Assembly: GCA_040954595.2 (NCBI GenBank)
Contig: CM082576.2
Coordinates: forward strand, 20,197,028-20,261,027
DNA length: 64,000 bases
Source of the DNA: Balanoglossus misakiensis
Taxonomy: Eukaryota > Animalia > Hemichordata
Direction: 5' to 3'
Below the pieces are notes generated by a model. The model had not been told where the DNA came from. It did no database searches and was given only the letters and a program-made list of their open reading frames with translations. The position numbers were made by a program, and so were the translations under genes. How positions within the stretch are numbered: position 1 is the first letter of the stretch; the number at the start of each line of letters is the position of its first letter. Positions 24,101-36,306 of this stretch are shown here, one piece after another.

Positions 24101-27100
24101 CAAAGGTTTTTTTTATTTTTTTTTCTAAAAATGACATTTTCAAGGAAAATTTGCTAAAACGCAATTTTGTCTGCAGTGAGCCAAATTGGCCGTTTTTTTG
24201 TGGAATTTGTATCGATATATACATACGAAGAGCATTCTATACTCCATCAGATTTCCGAAAATGTAGAAAACAGGTATTTTTTGTAATTTTCAAAAATTTA
24301 CCATTTTGACCAAATTATGGCTAAAATTGTTATTTTCGTGTTGAATGCCGCCAGTGTCACTGCTTTTAAAAGTCATAAAAACTTTTAACATACAAGCAAT
24401 TGTTTATATATGATCAGGTCACCGAATTAATAAAATAAAGAATGTTTTGCCTAAAAATGACCTTTTGGGTGCAAAAACGAATAAAACGCAATTTTGTATT
24501 AAATCAGCTCATTCAGAGTGCATTTTTTATAATCAGCACCATGTTTACATATAATGGAAATTTCATACATCATCAGATATCCAAATATGAAAAAATGATT
24601 TAGATTTTAGATGATTGTCCAAAATTAGCTGATATCTAATAAATGTAGTATTGAACCGTTCTGTTCCCCCCCCCCCCCTACATTATATGCGGTACGCCGA
24701 TGTGAGCTTACCCGGCAGTACTGCAGGCCGTGCCCCCAACTAACGTCGGTGTTTGAAGCGCCCTGGTTAAATTCGGGCTTTCTCTATAAATTGACAGACA
24801 ATAATGCAGTCCTACCCGAACAAATGTCGAGTGTTGACCCGCTGTGACTTTCCCTCTTCGGTTTGCCCGACTTGCCAACGTCTTTGTACTAGAGTGTCGG
24901 GTCTTTTGCAGAGCCAGGCCGAAGGAAATCCGACTTGATCACCGTTGCTAACGAACGCTAGTGTCTGTCATGGTGTGCCGGGGTTTTAGTCGAGCCAGAC
25001 CGTAGGAGATCTGACTTGATCATCGTGGTCAATGTACGCGTGTTTCCGCTCTAAAGTGCCGGGGCTTCAGCTAAACCAGGCCGTAGGAAATCCGACGTAA
25101 TCACCGTTGATAACTTACGCCAGTCTGTGTCATATAGAGCCGGTGCACCAGCCGAGTCACGCCGTAGGAAATCTGACTTGATCAACGTGGTCAATGTACG
25201 CCTGTTTCTGCTCTAGAGTGCAGGGGCTTCAGCTGAGCCAGGCCGTAGGAAACCCGACGTGATTACCGTTGTTAACTTACGCCAGTCTGTGTCCTATATA
25301 TAGCGCCGGGGCATCAGCCGTGCCAGGCCGAAGGAAATGTGAGTAGATCAACGTGGTTTCTGTACGCGTGTTTCTGCTCTAGAGTGCCAGGGCTTTAGCG
25401 AAGCCATGCCGTAGGAAATCTGAATTAATCAACGTTGCTAACGAACGCTAGTGTCTGTCATAGTGTGCCGGGGTTTCAGTCGAGCCAAGCCGTAGGAGAT
25501 CGGACTTGATCAACGTGGTCTCTGTACGCGTGTTTCTGCTCTAGAGTGCCGGGGCTTTATTCAAGCCATGCCGTAGAAAATCTGACTTGATCACCGTTGC
25601 TAACGTACGCTAGTGTCTGTCATATTGTGACGGACATTTAGCGGAGCCAGGCCGAAGAAACATCGACTTGTTCAACTTTACAAGTATGCAACTGTTTCTG
25701 CTCTAGAGTGTCAGGGTTTTAGCCGACTTATGCTGTAGGAAATCTGAGTTGATGAACGGGAATTCAATGTTAGAAAACCCGTGTGGAAAGTATCTCTACC
25801 CATTTGAAACTAAGAAAAGAATTTATTCTTATTTATTTTGTAAAAAAGACAATTTTCGAAAAAAAGAGTCGAAAAAGGTAATTTTGTCTTGGGTGATTTA
25901 AATTATACCGCCTTTTCTGGAATTTGCAGCACTTTTTACAAGAGAACGACACTTCATGCTCCATAATATTTCCGAAAAAATAAGAAAAGAGTTAATTTTT
26001 TATGATTTTTTTAAAATTTACCATTTTTGTCAAAATATGGCCAAAATGGCTATTTTTTCTTGAATTCCGTCAATATCTCTGCATTTTTGGAGTGGTCGAA
26101 AGTCTTAACATACAATCAACATGTCATATATGATCAGGGCACCAAATTCGAAGAACAAAGGTTTTTTTATTTGTTTTTCTAAAAATGACATTTTCAAGTA
26201 AAATTTGGTAAAAAGCAATTTTGTCTGCAGTGAGACAAATTAGACGGTCATTTGTGGAATTTGTATCGATATATACATACGACGAGCATTCTATACTCCA
26301 TCAGATTTCCGAAAATGTAGAAAACAGGTATTTTTGTAATTTTCAAAAATTTACCATTTTGACCAAATTGTGGCTAAAATTGTTATTTTCGTGTTGAATG
26401 CCGCCAGTGTCACTGCTTTTAAAAGTCTTAAAAACTTTTAACATACAAGCAATTGTTTATATATGATCAGGTCACCGAATTAAAAAAATAAAGAATGTTT
26501 TGCCTAAAAATGACCTTTTTGGTGCAAAAACGAATAAAACGCAATTTTGTATTAAATCAGCTCATTCAGAGTGCATTTTTATAATAAGCACCATTTTTAC
26601 ATATAATGGAAATTTCATACATCATCAGATATCCAAATATGAAAAAATGATTTAGATTTTAGATGATTGTCCAAAATTAGCTGATATCTAATAAATGTAG
26701 TGTTGAACCGTTCTGTTCCCCCCCCCCCCTTACATTATATGCGGTACGCCGATGTCAGCTTACCCGGCAGTACTGCAGGCCGTGCCTCCAACTAACGTCG
26801 GTGTTTGAAACGCCCTGGTTAAATTCGGGCTCTCTCTATAAATTGACAGGCAATAATGCAGTCCTACCGGAACAAATGTCGAGTGTTGACCGCTGTGACT
26901 TTCCCTCTTCGGTTTGCCCGACTTAGCCAACGTCTTTGTACTAGAGTGTCGGGTCTTTTGCAGAGCCAGGCCGAAGGAAATCCGACTTGATCACCGTTGC
27001 TAACGAACGCTAGTGTCTGTCATGGTGTGCCGGGGTTTTAGTCGAGCCAGGCCGTAGGAGATCTGACTTGATCATCGTGGTCAATGTACGCGTGTTTCCG

Positions 27101-28420
27101 CTCTAAAGTGCCGGGGCTTCAGCTAAACCAGGCCGGAGGAAATCCGACGTAATCACCGTTGATAACTTACGCCAGTCTGTGTCATATAGAGCCGGTGTAC
27201 CAGCCGAGTCACGCCGTAGGAAATCTAACTTGATCAACGTGGTCAATGTACGCCTGTTTCTGCTCTAGAGTGCCGGGGCTTCAGCTGAGCCAGGCCGTAG
27301 GAAACCCGACGTGATTACCGTTGTTAACTTACGCCAGTCTGTGTCCTATATATAGTGCCGGGGCATCAGCCGTGCCTGGCCGAAGGAAATGTGAGTAGAT
27401 CAACGTGGTCTCTGTACGCGTGTTTCTGCTCTAGAGTGCCAGGGCTTTAGCCAAGCCATGCCGTAGGAAATCTGAATTAATCAACGTTGCTAACGAACGC
27501 TAGTGTCTGTCATAGTGTGCCTGGGTTTTAGTCGAGCCAAGCCGTAGGAGAGAGACTTGATCAACGTGGTCTCTGTACGCGTGTTTCTGCTCTAGAGTGC
27601 CTGGGCTTTATCCAAGCCATGCCGTAGAAAATCTGACTTGATCACCATTCCTAACGTACGCTAGTGTCTGTCATGTTGTGACGGAGATTTAGCCGAGCCA
27701 GGCCGTATAAAAATCGACTTGTTCAAAGTTACCAGTGTGCAACTGTTTCTGCTCTAGAGTGTCAGGGTTTTAGCCGACTTATGCTGTAGGAAATCTGAGT
27801 TGATGAACGGGAATTCAATGTTAGAAAACCCGAGTGGAAAGTATCTCTACCCGTTTGAAACTAAGAAAAGAATGTATTCTTATTTATTTTGTAAAAAAGA
27901 CAATTTTCGAAAAAAAAAGTCGAAAATGGTAATTTTGTCTTGGGTGATTTAAATTATACCGCCTTTTCTGGAATTTGCAGCACTTTTTACTAGAGAACGA
28001 CACTTCATGCTCCATAATATTTCCGAAAAAATAAGAAAAGAGTCAATGTTTTATGATTTTTTAAAAATTTACCATTTTTGTCAAAATATGGCCAAAATGG
28101 CTATTTTTTCTTGAATTCTGTCAATATCTCTGCATTTTTGGAGTGGTCGAATGTTTTAACATACAATCAACATGTCATATATGATCAGGGCACCAAATTC
28201 GAAGAACAAAGGTTTTTTTATTTTTATTTCTAAAAATGACATTTTCAAGGAAAATTTGGTAAAACACAATTTTGTCTGCAGTGAGCCATATTAGACTGTC
28301 TTTTTTGGAATTTGTATCGATATATACATACGAAGAGCATTTTATACTCCATCAGATTTTCGAAAATGTAGAAAACGGGTATTTTTTGTAATTTTCAAAA
28401 ATTTACCATTTTGACCAAAT

Positions 28421-28756
28421 TGTGGGGAAGTATCGTGGCAGTGATCAATACTCCCGGGAGGGGGTTCGAGTATACTGACGTCGGAAAAGAAGCGAACGAT
28501 TCAGTGCTAGGTAAAACACTGGTTTATTACCATCTGAATCCACAAACAAAGTAACACCACAGAGCTCCTTACAAAATGCTGCCCGAAAGCGCCAAAACTG
28601 GGTTATATATAAGTCCCACGAACGCCGGAGCAAACACTCAACAATTACAATAAATCTGCTACAAGTATAAAGTTTGGCGGTAAACAAAGTCAACTCTGAT
28701 AGGGTAAGAGTTTCCGTCACGTGATCCTTCTGGAGTAAATCTCTCACTTCTCCATA
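28421..28756 (-). repeat. BEL copy 1, 3' LTR
   Basis: Direct repeat of 35971-36306; flanked internally by the PPT (minus strand CGCGGGGGAGAA, 28757-28768). Confidence 0.93.
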
Positions 28757-31734
28757 TTCTCCCCCGCGCAAAGGAAAGTCTCGAAAATCATCAGAAAAAA
28801 AACATTAAATAACATGAAATATGATTAAAGTCACCTAAAGTGTTCAAGGATAATAAACTAATGTTCATTGTGTCAGTAAACATGATAACAGTCACAATGC
28901 GATCGAAATTGTTTTCCAATTTCAAAGTCAAATAGAGAGATCCGCTATTCGTACTCGAGCGGCAACTGCAGAGTCTCTGACAGGTCGTCTCGGGGGTACA
29001 ACATCCGCCTTCACCGAGGAATCTTCAGAGGCTCCAGCTGTGTCGACTGTTTCAGTATTCGTGTTGGAATCTGCTCCAATACCTGTATTATCTCCAGACA
29101 CAGTTGACAGCTCCTTGGAGACAACTTCCAATGGGTACAATTTATGGATAGGTCGGTTTGTAGGACCACCTGCGGTGTTCAACTCCGCAGATCGTACCAG
29201 TTTATCATTACCGAAGATCAACCTTGTTACAGTTCCTAAATGCCATTTCGGACGTTTGTCAGTGTCACTGTGTATTATCACGACATCTCCGACCTTGATG
29301 ACATTATCACGAGTTCCTTTGGTGGGATGTCGTTCACGTAGGGCAGTCAGATACTCGGACGACCATCTTCGCCAAAATTGATCGTGAAATCTTGATAGAT
29401 GTTCATATCTTTTGTTGATTTCACGATTATCACAGTAAGATGGGTCAATCACCTCTTCGTCGGTGATCTCGATGTACGGCAATGAGGTCAGTGTCCTGCC
29501 ATGTAGCAAGTGATTTGGGGTCAATCCAATGTTGTCGTTTATACTGGATGACACGTACGTTAACGGCCTGTCGTTTAAAACGGCTTCAATTTCAGTCACA
29601 ACTGTTGCGAGTTCATCAAAGGTTAGGTAAGCTCGACCGAGAGTTTTCCTAATAGCGTTCTTTGTCAAAGCAATCAGCCTCTCCCAGAAGCCACCAAACC
29701 AGGGCGCGCGCTTCGGTATAAACGTCCATTGTACACGGTGTGCGGCGAGAAAGTCATTTACTTCTGGCGTATCAAACAGTGTTTTGATTTCATTGGCAGC
29801 CGATAAATAAGTCGATGCGTTGTCTGACAGCATCCTACTCGGCAAAGAACGTCTCGCGGCGAATCTTCTGAACGCGTGCATGAACGTCTGGGTTGACATA
29901 TCAGGAACCAGTTCTAGGTGAATGGCACGCGTCACCGCACAGGTGAATAAACAGATATAGGCTTTGGCACGTGTCCCATCTTTGGCCTTGGTATAAAGAT
30001 GACCCGTGAAATCCACGCCTGTTACAGTAAATGCTGGGACAATGTTCACTCGATAACTTGGTAGCGGCGCTTGCACTGGATTCGCGTAAGGTTTCCCGGT
30101 AACTTTGTTGCAAATGACACAACCACGTAAGACACCGCGTACAATAATCTGAATTTTGGGGATCCAATATCTTTGCCTTATCTGTGTCACTGTAGATTGG
30201 ACTCCCTGGTGAAGCGTCAGTTCGTGTCATTTCCGTATTATCAAATTTGTCAATTTATGATGCGAGGGTATCAAGGCGGGAAATCTTGTGACGAAATCGA
30301 TCGGCGCGTTATGGATTCTACTCCCACAGCGAAGTACGTCTTCTTCGTCAACAAATAAGTTCAGTTGTCGAACAATGGGCGCACATTTACTCAAGTTCAA
30401 TTTCACAGACTGGATTTCGGCGTCATAGAACTGCCGTTGAATATGTTTAACCCACATATTTTCCGCTCGGTGCAGCTCATCAGGGGTAATTCTCCCGTGT
30501 TTCACCTCGGTAGATTTTTTCATCCGTGCGATGAATCTGAGGACATAACTTGTCACTCGTAATAGCCTATCCAAGTTGTTGAATCTGGAAATGTCAACAA
30601 CGTGTTGAATTCCGTAGTCATTGGGACTGGTAATTTCCAGATTTTCGCGATCTGTACATCGTCTGGCTTTGGGGGGAGCGAGTATTTCTGCCTTCTCGGT
30701 AGACTGATCGTTGATTCCGTTGCCGAAACGCGGCGGCAATCTGTCCGTCTCATCTGGTTCGATTGCGGTATGCATCACATTAACATCAAACGCTGGGCAA
30801 CTAGGCCAATCGCTTGTCTTTAGCCATGTTGGTCCATTACGCCATAGTTCAGAGCGTTCCATCATTTCGTAGGTTACCCCTCTGGTTAAAGGATCAGCTG
30901 GGTTGTGTTCTGATGGGCAGTATTTCTTTGTGGACTGAAATTCGCGAATTTCATCTACTCGATTCTTCACAAACACCGGAAGTCTCTTCTCACTGTTCAG
31001 CCAGTGAAAGACAATTTGGCTGTCACTCCATAAATAACAACGAACTATGTCATATTTGGAGGACAGGGCTTCTTTAGCGTACTTGCTGAGACGTGTGGCT
31101 ATTAACGCAGCCATCAATTCCAGTCGCGGGAGTGTAGTTTCAGCCACTGGTGCGGTTCTAGTCTTCGCCATCACAAAAGACGTTTGCTGTCCTCTTTTCA
31201 AATACACTACTGCCCCATACGCTCTCTGGCTTGCGTCTGCAAAGGCGTGTAGCTCGCATTCATTGTCGCCTTCAAGTTCATCAAAATATTGTCGTTCGAT
31301 CTTCGTGTTTCGCGAGTCTTTGAGATCTTCTGCGATGTGCATCCATTGAGTGTAGAGATCTGCGTTGATAGGTTCATCCCTGTCTAATTCCAGTTTCCAT
31401 AGTAACTGAATGAACAATTTGGCTTTGATCATTACAGGGGCGAGAAATCCAAACGGATCAAATAGCATCGCCACATAGCTGACAATGTCACGTTTGGTCA
31501 CGAGTTCGGCACGCGACGACATATTAACCACTTTGGAGTAAGTCAATTCGTCAGATTTTGTTGACCACTGCATTCCCAAAACGGATACATCTTCGGTGGG
31601 TTCGTTCAGATTGTCACATGTAGCGAGTTCGTTTATTTGTTGACAGTTGGAAGACCATGCTCTGAGTTTGAATCCGCCTGATGTCATCAACTCATTGGCT
31701 TCATGGTAGTATTTCATGGAGTTTTCTGCAGTAT

Positions 31735-33131
31735 TTATTTATTTTTATTTATTTATTACACAGATCAACGGGCAAACCCACTTACAGATCTGGGAAACAA
31801 TAAAAACAATTAAGTCACAAAACAAAAATTAACTGAAAAACAAGACACCAAAAAAGTAACACATGTCACGTAAAATATAAATACAAATCAAGGAACAGTA
31901 CCATTAAAATGACTGGATAAAATAGATTTAAAACTGTGGAGCGTAGAAAAAATATCAATATTACATTTAGAAGAAATCTCATTAAAAGCAGACATGCATC
32001 TGAGCATTGTCGAGAATTTTCTACAATTAACGGAGCGCAAGTCGGGTTTAAAAAGGGGTTTCTTGCGTAAATTTCTACTAGGGGCGTAAAAACATATTTG
32101 ATTTAAAATACCAGGTGAATCATACTGTGAGTGGATACTTTTGTATAAAAAAACATGTCAAGGGTGAGTCTTCTGTTATATAACATTGGGATATTCAGTA
32201 ATCTACAATAAATAGGGTAGCTGGACCTGCTGCAGTGAATATTGAGTTTGCAACAAATGTACTTCACAAACTTAATTTGTACCCGCTCAATCTTGTCTGA
32301 CAGGCCCTTTTGGTGGGGTGACCACACAACAGAGCCATACTCTAGAATAGATGTTACATAAACAAAATATAGAGAAATAATAGCGGATATGTCATTAAAA
32401 GGCTGGCAGAGGCGCTTAATAAAACCCAGAGATTTGAAGGCTCTGGAAACTGTGTTATTTACAAGTCCTTGATTACAGAAACACGTTGAAGGGGAGTGCC
32501 ATTGATAGAGTAGTCAGTAGATGAAATAACCCTTTTCTTTATGGTGAAACTGATGAGTTTGCATTTATTGATATTAGGTGACAACTTCCAGTTGTCACAC
32601 CAGAGAGCAAATTTATCAAGGTCTTTCTGTAACAAGTCACAATCAGCGGAGGAGGTGATGGTACGGTAAATCTTAGCATCGTCGGCATACATGCTGAGCT
32701 TTGCAGAAATATCTAACAGTGATATATCATTTATATACATTACAAAAAGTAGTGGCCCCAAGAGTGAACCTTGTGGGACCCCCGATGTAGCAGTGAAGCT
32801 GTTTGACGAGTGACTGCCAAACACCACCCTCTGTTGTCTGAGATGGAGATACGACGCTAGCCAGCTGTGCAAATTGCCACATATACCAAATTTGGCGGCT
32901 TTGTACAGCAGTAGTGTGTGACAGACACTGTCAAACGCCTTGCTAAAATCAGTGTAGATTGAATCTACCTGTTCTTTGTTGTTCAATGAAGCTGAAATGA
33001 AATCAGTGTAAGCCACTAAGTTGGTTGTGGTAGATCTATTTTTAACAAATCCATGCTGATCAATGGATATATTTGGTTGAACATGCTGGTAGATATGAGG
33101 GACAATGACAGCTTCGAAAATCTTAGCAAAA
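31735..33131 (-). mobile_element. 5'-truncated CR1/L2-type non-LTR retrotransposon (LINE) nested in the BEL RT region
   Basis: Absent at the homologous site of copy 2 (ctgcagtatcaactcc, ~56666-56681). (TAAA)n-type tail at 31735-31757. RT motifs QHGF, DFSKAFD, SGVPQGSLLGPLLF, YADD, and further downstream VWSPH...IERVQ. Confidence 0.92.
32103..33130 (-). pseudogene. LINE ORF2 reverse transcriptase fragment
   Basis: Reads FAKIFEAVIVPHIYQHVQPNISIDQHGFVKNRSTTTNLVAYTDF...IKDL, then a stop/deletion near 32460, then continues ...LEYGSVVWSPHQ. Confidence 0.88.
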
Positions 33132-35951
33132 TATCAACTCCATCGATCACATTATCCACATAGATATTATTTCCCAATCTGTCAGCGGTGGGAAGTTGAC
33201 TATTGTTCTCTAAATGCGTCTTGATAACCGCATTGAGGATGAATGGGGAACAGACTGCTCCAAACAAGACAGACTTAAACTGCAAAGTTATGAAGTCACT
33301 TTCTGGGTCGTTAATGTCCGACAGCCACAGAAATTTCGTGAATTTCCTCTCATCTTCTTCCAACCGAATGTTTAGGAATGCTTTCTCAATGTCAGCTGTG
33401 AAAGCAATGTTATTGGCGCGGAATCTCAGCAGAATCGCTGGCAGGTCATTTATTAATGACGGTCCAGTTTGCAAGCAATCATTCAAACTTGGATAATTAG
33501 AATCCTTCTTACAAGAGCAATCATAAACGATGCGAATGGGTGTTGTGGTCGAATTCTTAACCACCGGACGATGTGGCAAATAGTGTCCGATATTCACGTC
33601 ATCTTCGTCAACCTCTCCGATGAAGTCGCGACGTCTCTGTTCATTGATTATGTCGTCATATTTCTTGATGAGTTCAGAGGGTAACCTGCGTATCATATTA
33701 CGCGTGCGTTTCATGGCGACATCGTGGTTGGTGGGTAGTGGAGGGTGATCTTCCTTCCACAGTAGTTTAGCTACGTATTTTCCTCGGTCAACTCTCAAGT
33801 GCGTGTCTCTGTAAGACTCGTACGTCAACTGTTCATCAACTGTTGGATTGTCCTGAATACCGATCAATTCAAGGTCCCACATATTTTGGACCTGTGGTTC
33901 TCGGCCGATCGCAGTACTATCCATCGGTGTATACATGTCCGTTGCGCGATCTCCATGCAGTCCGTTGATAGAGTTCTCTGAAACTACGTTACTGGTATCA
34001 GCAGTAGAAATCACATGTAAGATATGCGCATTAGAATCCACTTTGGGAGTTCCGAGGGGTCCGGAGAGTAAGTATCCAAATTTGGATGACACAGCAGTGG
34101 GGCCGGACGCGCCAGAAATAACGTGTGAGCCCACGAAATTCCAATATTGGTCGGCTCCGATTAGAACATCTATTGGCCACGACTGATCACTCGAAACTGG
34201 ATGTGCGAATGGTAGCCCTTTCAGGTGGCTCATATTGTGGACTTCCTGAGAAATGTGATTTGTTAAGTCCGACGATATCTCTGGAATTATCATCGCGTGA
34301 ATAGTTGAAGTATTCCCGTTCAGTTCATGAGCAGTTAGTTCGGTGAATCCCATGGTGCGTACTTTGGAATCCTTGCCACGGAAGGTCGATAACTTTATGT
34401 GTTCGTGCCGCGTAGCTTTCGCGGACAGCTGACGGGCGAATCTCTCAGTGACGAATGTCTTATTTGCTCCTTCATCAAACAGGATGATGGCATGTATGGG
34501 GGTTCCCCGTCCGACAGACAGTGGTACAAACGCAGTTTTCAGCAGCACTGGCCCAGTGTTTATCTTCTTATCCGTAAATGTATCGGTATTAGTCAATGTT
34601 ACTTTGACATCAGAAGTACTTGATGATGGCGATGGCGAGGACGACGCTCCGGTTGGCGTAGTTGTAGCGGTGGGAACGTCGTAGTGTAGCGCAGAGTGAT
34701 GACGTTTCCTACACTTTCTGCAGGAGTATTTTGATTTACACTCCGCAACTCTATGTTTTCCAAAGCAATTAAAACATAGTCTGTCCTTCTTCACAATGTC
34801 CAGTCTCTCGCGCGTATCAGTTACCACAGTGCAATTTGACGCGAAGTGTGACCCTTTGCAGAACGGGCACGTTTTGACAGGGGCGCGAAAATTCTGTTTA
34901 CCTGTCATCTGCGTTTTCGTGTGAAACGCGGTTATTTCCGGTTCTCTGGTAGTGGCCATTGTTATCTCGTCGACCCGGTTGCCGGCTTGAAGGGCGTTTA
35001 TCTCGTGTTGAATGGCTTTTCGTAGATCTGGTAATGTCCACGCAGCATTACCATGTTTTCTTGCTATCTGCTCTCGAATGTTAGGAGGTAATTTCTCCCG
35101 TATTATTGGAACCAAAAGTTCGCCGTATGTGGTTTCCTCCTTACCCAGCGACTGAAGACCTCGAACGTGATTTTCAATCGAGTCGTAGAAATGCCTTAAA
35201 CTTTGTACGTCGGCGGTTGGGCTTTGTAGATTCCACAACGCGGTCATATGAGCATCTACTATGAGATGGGTTTGTCCGTATCTTTCGGTCAATAAGTCAA
35301 TCGCGTGCGTGAGTGGCAATCCGTTGATTGTTCTCGCTGCGTCATCTTTGAGTACACTCCGCAAATACGTAAACTTCTGAATGTTGTCCAAATTAGTGTC
35401 CGAAGGTATCGAAGACTTGAATACATCGAAGAAACTCGACCATTCTATTACATTGCCTGAGAAAGTTTGCAGCTGGAGTTTCGGTAGAGTTACTGTTTTA
35501 CGAGGCGTCGCGTTGCCGAGGCTGCTTCCCGTTACATTACCAGTACTAGTAGTAGTTGTCCGCATCTCCGATTTGTTTTTCTTGATGAAAGATGCGATGC
35601 GATGATTGTGTTCGAAGATTTCGGCGTGGTAGTCGCCTGAAGTTTCATTTTCTTCGTCAAAGTGTTCATCGTCAATTAGATCGAGGATTCTCACCTCGAG
35701 GTCGGCGAGTAGACGGATCTTGTTCGAAAGTTGTTCGTTCAGCCCTTCCAGCGTGTCGAGTGTAGTCGGCTTGTCTGTACCGACGTCTACGAAATTGTTC
35801 ATGAGGGTGTCGGCCCGGTTGAACAGTCGGGTCACTTGTGCGCGTTGACCACGACGCGATCTCTTCAGTTTTGTCAACGCTGTTGGCTGATCCTCTTGTT
35901 GTCCATCTTGTGGCGCGATGTGTTCTTGTTCCGACATCTTGCTCTGTTATA

Positions 35952-35966
35952 CTGGTCTCGGCACCA
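35952..35966 (-). other. Primer-binding site of BEL copy 1 (tRNA-His-like)
   Basis: Minus strand TGGTGCCGAGACCAG, 4 nt from the 5' LTR; resembles the complement of a tRNA-His 3' end (TGGTGCCGTGACC). tRNA identity is from memory. Confidence 0.7.
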
Positions 35967-35970
35967 AAAA

Positions 35971-36306
35971 TGTGGGGAAGTATCGTGGCAGTGATCAATA
36001 CTCCCGGGAGGGGGTTCGAGTATACTGACGTCGGAAAAGAAGCGAACGATTCAGTGCTAGGTAAAACACTGGTTGATTACCATCTGAATCCAACAACAAA
36101 GTAACACCACAGAGCTCCTTACAAAAAGCTGCCCGAAAGCGCCAAAACTGGGTTATATATAAGTCCCACGAACGCCGGAGCAAACACTAAAAAATTACAA
36201 TAAATCTGCTACAAGTATAAAGTTTGGAGGGAAACAAAGTCAACTCTGATAGGGTAAGAGTTTCCGTCACGTGATCCTTCTGGAGTAAATCTCTCACTTC
36301 TCCATA
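35971..36306 (-). repeat. BEL copy 1, 5' LTR
   Basis: Direct repeat of 28421-28756, adjacent to the PBS and to the CAAAT TSD. Confidence 0.93.

Larger units (their letters stand above)
28928..35937 (-). pseudogene. BEL/Pao gag-pol polyprotein, disrupted
   Basis: Gag LPKLQLQTFSG and zinc knuckles (CPFCKGSHFASNC, CFNCFGKHRVAEC, CRKCRKRHHSALH); protease LFDEGA; RT ADIEKAFL and YVDN; Pao RNase H HAFADAS and PRLELMAA; integrase GVDFTG, SDNA, GGFWERL. Split by the LINE at 31735-33131 and by a nonsense TGA at 30227-30229. Confidence 0.93.
28421..36306 (-). mobile_element. BEL/Pao LTR retrotransposon, copy 1 (full length, with nested LINE)
   Basis: Two 336-bp LTRs, 5-bp TSD CAAAT (28416-28420 and 36307-36311), PBS, PPT and a single gag-pol frame. 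Confidence 0.95.

Noticed and set aside
28416-28430. Sequence-specific BEL targeting of the satellite (the target tgtgg resembles the LTR end)
   Set aside because: The shared site is explained by duplication of a single insertion, so there is only one independent event.
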